A stretch of DNA of 46,963 bases, counting the filler, from Catajapyx aquilonaris (lineage: Eukaryota), in the NCBI GenBank assembly GCA_000934665.2. It is 2 parts of 2 records of this genome, joined end to end, with 100 filler letters (N's around TTAATTAATTAA, not from the genome) between each part and the next. Parts side by side here need not be neighbours in the genome. Positions count along the whole stretch, not along the records: positions 23,557 to 46,963 come from JYFJ02005690.1; 1 more part is not named here. One strand, 5' to 3'. The notes under the pieces were generated by a model that ran no database searches, had not been told where the DNA came from, and worked only from the letters and a program-made list of their open reading frames with translations. Positions 37,797 to 46,963 of this stretch are shown piece after piece (position 1 is the stretch's first letter; every line of letters begins with the position of its first letter). Both the position numbers and the translations under genes were made by a program.

Positions 37797-39011
37797 CAAG
37801 GGAAGGTCACGGGGTGATAATGACGGATCTTGATGAAATTTAACATGCTAATACAGGACAATATATGATACCCAAAAATGAAATATTTCGTGCTGAACCC
37901 CATATTTGCAAAAGTTATGACGTCTTAAAGTTCCAAAAATAATACATTTTTTACTCCATGGGATTACATTGGCGACCACATATAATGACATTGAAGTGTG
38001 TAATCAGTTTCTAGAACTTTTCTCATCGGAAAAAAGTCCTACAGAACGGCTCTGGCCGTCCGTCCGTCCGTCTGTGGACATGTATCAAGGCCTAAACCGT
38101 AAGAGATAGCGACAAACGGTTTTCATATTCGGATTGAGCGTGACCAAAATAGGTTTCATGGTCAACTTCTGGTGATCCGCCACTTCCGGTCTTCCGGGTT
38201 CACTCTATCCGCACAAGTCTACTTTACGGGCGGGTTATCGTTGGATTTCGAAGTTAGTTTCTGTGTATTCCTGACCGTGTTTTTCGGGGATTTACTCCGG
38301 GTTTTACCTGACTCTCTGGCACAGGGGCTGTGGAATTTATTCCTGACGTTGGACATGTTTGCAATGAGCGCCATCGGCCGCCATGATGTTATCGCCCAAG
38401 CCGACACTGGAATCGATATGTTGCCTAGGTTACGATATATCGATTCACATGCTCCCTGAAAGAATGAGAAAAGTTCTCATCGAATCACGCTCACGTGAGG
38501 TAAAACCCGGAGTAAATCCCCGAAAAACATGGTCAGGAATGCACGGAAACTAACTTCGAAATCCAACGATAACCCGCCCGTAAAGTAGACTTGTGCGGAT
38601 AGAGTGAACCCGGAAGACCGGAAGTGGCGGGTCACCAGAAGATGACCGTGAAACCTATTTTGGTCACGCTCAATCCGAATATGAAAACCGTTTGTCGCTA
38701 TCTCTTACGGTTTAGGCCTTGATACCTGTCCACAGACGGACGGACGGACGGCCAGAGCCGTTCTGTATGACTTTTTTCCGATGAGAAAAGGTCTAGAAAC
38801 TGATTACACACTTCAATGTCATTATATGTGGTCGCTAATGTAATCCCATGGAGTATGAAAGTGTATTATTTTTGGAACTTGGAGACGTCATAACTTTTGC
38901 AAATATGGGGTTCCGCACGAAATATTTCATTTTTGGGTATCATATATTGTCCTGTATTAGCATGTTAAATTTCATCAAGATCCGTCATTATCACCCCGTG
39001 ACCTTCCCTTG
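37797..39011. mobile_element. Palindromic element with CAAGGGAAG termini, TTA TSD and ~510-bp arms
   Basis: TTA|CAAGGGAAGGTCACGGGGTG...CACCCCGTGACCTTCCCTTG|TTA; arms ~37797-38307 and ~38499-39011. Confidence 0.88.
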
Positions 39012-39990
39012 TTAGAATCAGTGGAAACAGATTTTTTTTCTTCTTTTTTGTTGGCCTGTGTAATTGTTAGCTTCAACTCCAAAACATGTTCATGGGTAAT
39101 TTTAGCTTATTGGAAGGAAAAATTAAAATAAGGAAATTCTGAATGTAATCGGACAGGAGTGCAGGGAAGCGTAATCCAATCCTCAGCCTCTTTTTTTACC
39201 GTCTTATCGCTAGTAAAAAATGTCAAATGTGTGCAATGTATATAGAAGGGGACCTGAGTCATGCACACAAATAGTTTTTCACTCCATGTATAAGCATTAT
39301 TGCACTAGGAGAGCTAGAAAATGGCACAAAATTAAAATTATTTTGCACTTTTCGCATCAACATTTTATAACTCAAAAATTGACTTAAAAAGATCAAATAT
39401 TTGTCAGATGAATCTTATATTATGCAGATTGCGACGCTATCTCACTCATTAACATCGTGACCTTGACACTCTAAATACAGTGATTTTTACAGTATCCTGA
39501 TTTTCCGGATAGTGGTAACGGAAGGGTTAAAGATGCTCATTGTTACAGACAGACTGGTGAGAATGTATCAGTGACACGTTTCCTATTAACTTCAAGCAAT
39601 TTAAATAGGCTTGCACAATCCCACCTCACTCGACGGGGTGAAATTGTGGCACAGAAAAGAATTTATATCTCCCGTCCCTTAGCACGTAAAAATTATTTTC
39701 ACATATGATCTGAACGGTGAGATATGCAGCAATGTTGCATATAAATTTTGTTCCAATACACTACTGGTCAAAAGTTTAGCATCACCCTCAAGCAGATGTT
39801 TTTTATTTCTCATGTTTAAACTTACAGTACAAATTGAAATTGTGAGGCACCGTTGAAAGCGTCGTGAATAACGGTACAAACCAAAAAAGGAACAGTCATT
39901 CTAGGTTCAACAGAGGTGCAGATATTACCTATTTTGTTCAAACATGTTTTCTCAAAACCTACATTTTCAACTATAAATATTAATAAATAA

Positions 39991-40336
39991 GGGGAGGTGT
40001 GGTGGCCGTGATGGTAACGTCTCGGCTTGCTGAGTGAAAGGCCCCAGGTTCGATCCCCGCCTGGGGAACTTTCCTTTCACCTGCGTCAGGAGGGTCTCTG
40101 ACCTGCACCAAGGAGGTGTCTGGCAACCTAACCTCCTGGGGAACAGCACATGACCCATTAGCTACGACATTGCACCTTGCACCCATGTTCCCTCCCCAAA
40201 AATCCCTATCCTTTCCCATTGTCCTTGTTTCCTTGCACCGATGAATGAAGTGGAAAATATACAGAAAACTGATGGTGGTATGCCACCCCCCGAAGCAGGA
40301 CGTAATGTACTGAGCAAGGGGTAGTGAAAAAAAATA
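39991..40336 (+). mobile_element. tRNA-derived SINE (family A)
   Basis: A-box TGGCCGTGATGG, B-box GGTTCGATCCC, A-rich tail, 12-bp TSD ATTAATAAATAA (39979-39990, 40337-40348). Confidence 0.85.
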
Positions 40337-40498
40337 ATTAATAAATAAAGGTAATCATCACGAATTGATGCTTTATTATTTTTATTTATGGCAATAAGTA
40401 ACCGCCAAACACAAAAAAATTTACCACAAAAATATATAAAAAAATCCACTCGAACTATAATTTTTTTAATTTTCGGGATTTCTTATATGCACCCAACA

Positions 40499-40792
40499 TG
40501 ACCGAAGCAGTTTGGAGGCAGAGGATATGGTGTCCGACTGCTAATCGGGAGGTCCTGGGATCAAATCCCGGGGCCGGCAACTCTGACCGTGGTTTTCTGT
40601 GGTTTCCCACGGTCCTTCCAGGAAAATTCCGGAGTTGCTTCCGTAATTAATAGGCCACAGCCGCTTCCTTCCGTCCCTATCCTATCCCAAAGAGCACAGT
40701 AAAATAAAAGCGAAGAGTTCAGGCAAAACAAAATTCCCCCCTAAAGAGCCGATGGCTGATAACGGGGTATGAATTATAAATTATTATTATTA
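40499..40792 (+). mobile_element. tRNA-derived SINE (family B, second copy)
   Basis: Same head and core as ~21500-21670, (TTA)n tail, 16-bp TSD TTATATGCACCCAACA (40483-40498, 40793-40808). Confidence 0.88.
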
Positions 40793-41222
40793 TTATATGC
40801 ACCCAACAAGCAATTGACGTATCGTCAACAGCGCATAACCTGAGAACCGATACTGTTACAGAGATGCAGTTTAGACCGACCACTTTGTTAAGGTTTTCAA
40901 ATCGGCTGGTCCAAACCTCATTTCTGTAGGAGTATCGGTTCTCAAGTTATGCGCTGTTGACGATACGTCAATTGTTGGGTGCATATAAGAAGAAATGCCA
41001 AAAATTGACAAAATTATAGTTCGCGTGGATTTTTAAAATATTTTTGTGGTAATTTTTTCGTCTTCGGCGGTTACTTATTGCCATAAATAAAAATAATAAA
41101 GCATCAATTCATGATGATTACCTTTATTTATTAATATTTATAGTTGAAATGTAGGTTTTCAAGAAAAAAAGTTTGAACAAAACAGGTAATATCTGCGTCT
41201 TTTGTCTTTTTTTAAAAAAATA

Positions 41223-42236
41223 TCTCTAATATCTATAAATAAGGAAGCTTGATTGTTAGTTTGTGAGTTAGTGAGTTTGGATGTTTGTCCCTTATAGAAA
41301 TCCAGGGGAAGGGCCCTACACCGCCTTAAATTAGCATATCGGGGGTTACTTTTTCCAAGGAATCTAACGCCGCATGTTTCAGCTTCCGAAAATGAACCTA
41401 ACTCCCACAACACGCATATTCCCGAATCTTCTCACTTCTTACATCAATAACAATATGTCAATTTGCATTCTCATGGAAATGCCTTTCTAAAAATATGGCT
41501 ATTTACCTCCCTGCATCGTACTGCAGGGAGGGAACCTTTATTTCGTCTTGATGGAACCTTTTTGACGTAGCGCCTGGGCCCACGGGTAGGGTGACTAAGG
41601 TGCAAGTGCAATTCTCAAAGGGTACATTTTGTGAACTCCCCCGGGTGGATTAATCTGAGGAGATTCCACCCGAAACGAAGCCAGAGACGACCCAACTCTG
41701 CACGAGATGAAGGGGGGAACCCCGGGCTGGGATCGAACCCGGGACCTTAACATCCGTGGGCACATTTCCGCAGCGCCACTTCGTCTCCCCTACGAAAGGC
41801 CCTTACGCAACAATACCTAGCAAGTTAAACCATCGCCGTAAATTCAACGCATCCACCAATTACGCTAATTGGCCACCTCACGTGAGTTCATATCTTATGG
41901 TAATTCCAGGATTTTGTGGGATTTGAAAGTAGACTTCCAGGCAAAAGTAAATACAATAAAATAATACAGTATTTACAAATATTACTCTGTGTTGAAAACA
42001 AAATTTGCCACCATGCATCTGTACGTACTGTACATTTCTAAAGTTCTTTAGAGCAAACATATGGAACGAGGTGGGGGTGTGATTGTAACTTGTAAGGCCT
42101 ATTTTAAGACGTATCCAGTTTCGAGTGTATGGACAGGAAATTTTTACAAACAAACACACTTCCTAATATACTGTATATGTACCCCTACCTTTACCAGCAC
42201 CCCAACATACCCAGGCAACGCCGGGTAACCTGCTAG
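41223..42236 (+). mobile_element. Non-autonomous Helitron
   Basis: 5' A|TCTCTAATATCTATAAAT followed by a GTTT/GTGA-type tract; 3' hairpin ACCCAGGCAACGCCGGGT then CTAG|T, nearly the same 3' end as the 24133-26213 Helitron. Confidence 0.82.
41560..41791 (-). mobile_element. Decayed SINE-like segment inside the Helitron
   Basis: Minus-strand tRNA-like head ...GGTCCCGGGTTCGATCCCAGCCCGGGG with intact B-box and degenerate A-box. Confidence 0.5.
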
Positions 42237-42246
42237 TATATATATA

Positions 42247-42669
42247 CAGGGTGTATCTGAACTCAGTGCCCCGACGTATATGACTGCCTTCCTAGCCACC
42301 AGAGGATCGATTTAAGTATAGGAGTCATTATGTCTGGCCGCCGCATTACTGAGATAATTGGCCGCAAACATGTAGTACCAAATATCCTGTCGGTTAGGCC
42401 ACCCATCGAACCCTCCCCCAGTCAGAAGGCTCTGGAAGGTCTGGGGCCGGACTTTGTTGGTTTGTTGCCCACAGGTGGTAAGGCCTCTTTGGCTAGTTAC
42501 ACCAGAAAATTCTATTTAAAAGTCAGAAGGAGCGATTAGGCAAAAATAGCCAAAGAGTGTATCTCAGTAATGAGGCTGCCCAGACATATGACTCCTATAC
42601 TTAAATCGATCCTCTGGTGGCTAGGAAGGCAGTCATATACGTCGGGGCACTGAGTTCAGATACACCCTG
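42247..42669. mobile_element. Tc1/mariner-type MITE, copy 2
   Basis: TA|CAGGGTGTATCTGAACTCAG...CTGAGTTCAGATACACCCTG|TA inserted in a (TA)n tract; inverted relative to 28397-28820. Confidence 0.9.
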
Positions 42670-42679
42670 TATATATATA

Positions 42680-42956
42680 CACACACACACACACCCCATG
42701 ATAGGGCGGAGCCCTTTCAGGGGGGAAGGGGAGGTTCCCAAGGGAGGGCGCTGTGCGGTAGTCATTTCTGACATTCTTTAAACACCAGGCCTTTTCTCCT
42801 GGCCCTGGGCAGAGTAGGGAGTGCAATTCTGCTCCAACATGTCAGGTGAAAAGCAGAAAAAGACCCGGCCAAGCAGAGGTGACGGGGATGGGATTTGAAC
42901 CCCGGCCTCCCACTTGGCTGGCCAGTGGCATAACCACCAGACCACCATGCCTCCCG
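42680..42956 (-). mobile_element. tRNA-derived SINE (family C) with (GT)n/(AT)n tail
   Basis: Minus strand GGGAGGCATGGTGGTCTGGTGG (A-box)...GGTTCAAATCCC (B-box); interrupts the right arm of the 39759-43116 MITE; its microsatellite tail appears to host the Helitron and MITE. Confidence 0.72.
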
Positions 42957-43858
42957 GATCTCTGTTGAACCTAGACTGACCGTTCCTTTTTTGGTTTGTA
43001 GCATTATTCACGCCGCTTTCAACGGTGCCTCACACTTTCAATTTGTACTGTAAGTTTAAGCTTGAGAAATAAAAAACCTCTGCTTGGGGGTGATGCTAAA
43101 CTTTTGAGCGGTAGTGTATATCAACTACTCTGGTTCGCTTGTAAGAAGAACCTCAAAAAGTGGCACAGTCTCACCCCATTTTACGGTATACTACTACACC
43201 CTTTGGTAAGCGCTCATGGAGCTCCTCTTCTACTAAGTTGGGAGGAGTCCGGTAGGGTTGACACATCCAGGTCTCGCCCCTGAAGAAAAGCGCTATCACG
43301 GGGCCACCTGCCGCAAACCACCCATCAGTCCCCAAAGGCAATAAGAGGCGATAAGAGGGGAGTGACCAGACCTTATTATTTTAAGACCATGAACCAGGCA
43401 CTGAGCCAAGGATATGTCTTTGGTAACTCCCAAACCAAAGCCCCATTCAATGCAGATCATAGCACCCTTTCTCTTCGACATTCCCATGAAATGGGATTAG
43501 TTTTAAGATAATAGAGCCCACCACTGGTGGCAGTTCCAGATGTTAGAAATGAGCAGTTATATGGGACTCAATCTCAAGGAAATTATTTAGTAAACTCCCT
43601 ATTGTATTAATGTACTGAAAAAAAAGCAATTCATAAAACATAAGATGAAAAATGATTTGAAAGATTTTTATTTCAAAATCATAAAGCTTACTACTGTTTT
43701 TTTATCACAACTACCATGTAATACTGGAATTTAAAAAATATATAACATTGTACATTTTAATACTGCAATGGCACATAAAACTGATCATTTATACTGCTAC
43801 TTCTCTCACAACAATGTCCTTGTTTCATCACTGCTTCAGGAAAAGACTCTTGCTTTCA

Positions 43859-44028
43859 TCACTGGTTTGGTGGAGTTCTTTTGCAGAAGCAGTCAGCCAA
43901 AGGTGACAATTCTGCAGGAATTTCCGTCATCCAGAGCAATGGTGTTCCCGTTTCGACCATCACACACTTATCTCCAGAGTAAGTGTTGGAAGTGCTGACC
44001 AGATCTCCAAATTTTAAAGGCTGACTAG
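43859..44028 (-). CDS. Candidate terminal exon of an unidentified gene
   Basis: Acceptor ttgattttcAG|, one open frame xSQPLKFGDLVSTSNTYSGDKCVMVETGTPLLWMTEIPAELSPLADCFCKRTPPNQ*, followed by an AT-rich UTR-like tract; no recognised homology. Confidence 0.25.
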
Positions 44029-45024
44029 CTGAAAATCAATAAAGGCATATAGGAGGCATCTCAAAAGAAAGAGAGGTGGGTGGGAGGAGGAGAAAATAGG
44101 CAAGATGGGAAAATCTGGTACATAGGAGAAATTTCCCCCAATGCCAAAGGCACCAAATCATTATGCCCTGGATCTAGAATACGTGCAATTGTTACACTCT
44201 TTGTCATTTTCTATCCATCTAAATAGTGTACTGTATGCTTGTTTCAGTAGTGAAAGTCTGTGACAGTGTACTGAGTGTTGAAAATATTGGCAAATGAGGT
44301 CTTTTAAAATGTGGCTGTTCCTTCTTGATTATCACTTGCTTTTCTAATTATTGTAAGAATCAGCTTGCTATGTCTGATAGTCATCTTTCCCATTGCTTTT
44401 CTCCCCTTGATGCTCAGCTCTCGGGGGGGGGGGGGGGNGGGGGGGGGGGGGTCCCCTGAGGGGAAATCTGAGGACTTGGCTCAGGTATTACCTAGTACAT
44501 GACTGGAAAAAAATAGGTTTGTAACCCTCGCAAGCAGAGCCAGGCAAGTGGGCGCGGGTGGAAGCATTCATGAATCAACTCTTGCTTGTGCATGCTTCCA
44601 CTCATGCCCACATGTGTGCTGTTTGCAGAGGTACAAGCGATGTACAAGGCAATTTTTTCCACTTGTGTACAGCCCCGAGCTTGGAGACGCTGTGGGCCTT
44701 CTCTGACATTCCTTTATCTCACTCAAATTAATGGACTCTTTTTGGGCCGATTTAGCTGCTTTAGGTATGTGTTCGTGTATTTATTACCGTATATTTGATA
44801 CCGTAACGGTGAGGATCGGCAGAGCACCCTGGCAAAAGGAAGGGCCTGCTGTCTCCAACTTTATTCTAGGGACTGTACCTTGTGTGCTGGTAGACCCCTA
44901 GGAGCCCTTTGTTATCTCTGCTAGTAGTCTGCTTCCGCTAGTCAGGTTTCCCTCATATGCTTTCTCGGGGGGTTACCATCAGCAGTGTTGGAGGGGGTAT
45001 GTGGGTAGGCCTATACATCATGCA

Positions 45025-45157
45025 CAGTGGTGGAAATTAATGGATATCCACAAGTATCGCTGCTGGCAGAGCTTTTCCTTGACATGAAGCAGCATCTGTA
45101 AAGGAAAAGCTCCACCAGGCGGCGACACTTGTGGATATCCATTAATTTTCACCACTG
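45025..45157. mobile_element. Small Tc1-type palindromic MITE
   Basis: CAGTGGTGGAAATTAATGGATATCCACAAGT...ACTTGTGGATATCCATTAATTTTCACCACTG|TA. Confidence 0.8.
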
Positions 45158-45531
45158 TACCCAGCGGAGAAAAGGTGAAATGTGAGGCTATTAGTTGTGT
45201 ATACTGTGCATTACTATATACTGCTCTGTATATTACCCTGAAAGGTTTCCAAAGCTCAGCAAAATTCATGGCTCGAAAACTCATGCAAGCTGTGTGTATG
45301 CAGGGTCTGGACATTTAATGTACTGTCACTTTGAGGGATGGTAGAGGAGTTCTAGAGGATTATTTCAAGTGCATAAGGGGTCTCTGCAGCCCTATACCCT
45401 GTTACCCTAAAAATGGGCTTTTCTCCATGTTGTATACTATGTATAGCATATCCTGGAAGGTTTGCATCTGACCAGACATGGGGCACATTTGAAAAGTCCT
45501 TCCTGCCAATGTTTTGGCTAGGACACCAACT

Positions 45532-45698
45532 CTGCCGTCAGATGTAAGAAGACCGTAACTCAAAAACTAGTGAGGGCGAAAGTCGCATGCACGCCCTGCA
45601 CTAATCCCCTCTGAGCCAGGGTGGATTAGTGCACGGCATGCATGCGACTTTCGCCCGTACTAGTTTTTGAGTTACGGTCTTCTTACAACTGACGGCAG
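45532..45698. mobile_element. Small palindromic MITE with 4-bp TSD
   Basis: AACT|CTGCCGTCAGATGTAAGAAGACCGTAACTCAAAAACTAGT...ACTAGTTTTTGAGTTACGGTCTTCTTACAACTGACGGCAG|AACT. Confidence 0.82.
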
Positions 45699-46963
45699 AA
45701 CTCTTGACATATGAATGTTTGCTGCGCCAAACCTGCTCAATATTTCTCCAGATTTTTAAGATACAGGTGTTTGAATTTTAACAGAGGAAATAATGGCTGC
45801 ACCTTCATGTTCCAAATATGATTAGTAATTAATTTTCGAATACTGTACTAATTAGTGTTATGAGTCACTTACTGTTTGTAATACTCAGAAAACTTATGAA
45901 TGATGATGTTGATAGGGAAATAGAGGCATATATGTACGATAACTGGAACCGGTCATTTTAAAATTATTATCGCCACCTATTATCAATTTTGTTGGAATTT
46001 TTTTCGTGTTTGAATGGCGGCAGTCTGGACCCAAGATGGGCGACTTACGGTTTTAGACTTTTCCTGGGGGTTTCAGATGAGGGCCAATTTTTGTACAAAA
46101 TTTGGGATCTGTACGATAACTGGAACTGGCCAATCATTTTGATTATCACCATCCCTATAATATATGAATCAGACAAAAAAAGGCCAATTTGGGCCCTCTC
46201 CTGACGTGGATCTAGTGGTCCAAATTTCACGAGAATTTATTTGTAGGGTCCCTGGGTGTGCCCCATTGTCGTATTAAAATTTCAGCTTTGCAGCATTTCC
46301 CTGTGCCGAACTAGAAAATGCCGAAATGTAGAGAGCGAGTGAGCTCGAGTAAAGGAGAGAAGGGGCAAATGGTCTGGGTCAGTGGCGGTGGAAGTGGCTA
46401 AGACTTGGCGGGATGCACTGCCGTGCATCTGGATTATTATTCATTATCACTTTCATATCTTGCTCTCTGAGCAACCATTGTACAGTCTCGTTCATAAAGA
46501 TTATACGACTCTATGGACGAAATGCTTATCCTGATAATCCATCATTATTCCCAACCTTATTTCGATGAAACCCTATGGACAACATTTTCTTGATCTATAG
46601 TGACTCATATGACCCATCCCAATTTTTAAATAAAATTTTTAATTACAAAAATATTCAACCAGGCACAATGCTTACGTAGATTTGATGTGAATTTCCCAGT
46701 AAAATTTTCCTACCTTGCTTTTTTTTTCTCTTTTTAATTTAATTTTGATTCCCTTTTCCCAGACTTCCGCATGACCCCTAAAATCATGCTGGCGACCCAG
46801 GGGTTGGGAACAGAATACACATTTCGCCCGCATAGTCGTACCATTCTTTATGAATGGTACTGTACATGTACTATCACGGTCAAAAAGATTGTCGGACTGT
46901 TATGGAATCGTCCGCGACTTTTTCTCCCGCCAATCAGTGTGCCAGGTGCAGGTGATTTGGGCG

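Larger units (their letters stand above)
39759..43116. mobile_element. Palindromic Tc1-type MITE hosting at least five nested insertions
   Basis: TA|CACTACTGGTCAAAAGTTTAGCATCACCC...GGGTGATGCTAAACTTTTGAGCGGTAGTG|TA; mirror symmetry can be followed inward to a centre at ~40890. Confidence 0.85.

Noticed and set aside
39500..39529. Orphan piggyBac-like end AAGGG|TTAA
   Set aside because: No convincing partner terminus could be located.
21590..42956. tRNA genes at ~21600-21665, 32562-32632, 39991-40065, 40505-40575 and 42885-42956
   Set aside because: No complete acceptor stems; they continue into SINE bodies or sit in MITE arms.

Overview
Eukaryotic (invertebrate, probably arthropod) genomic DNA with spliced genes and very dense nested transposons. 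The left half holds two minus-strand genes in tandem: the last two exons of Xaa-Pro dipeptidase/prolidase (PEPD; 20283-20132, 18378-18288), then the first two coding exons of a c-Maf-inducing protein homologue (CMIP; 15587-15159, 12341-12084), whose second intron appears to run off the left edge (>12 kb). An artificial N44-TTAATTAATTAA-N44 linker at 23457-23556 means the two sides may not be truly adjacent. From about 19 kb to the end the sequence is a stack of palindromic non-autonomous DNA elements, tRNA-derived SINEs, two Helitrons and a mariner relic. The most notable object is a ~2.4-kb near-perfect palindrome (30431-37631) whose right arm took three insertions. One is a young LTR element (identical 221-bp LTRs, PBS, PPT, ATAC TSD). 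Removing a nested Academ-like element from it restores a single 643-aa ORF that runs from PBS to PPT and has no recognisable RT, integrase, protease or zinc-knuckle motif.
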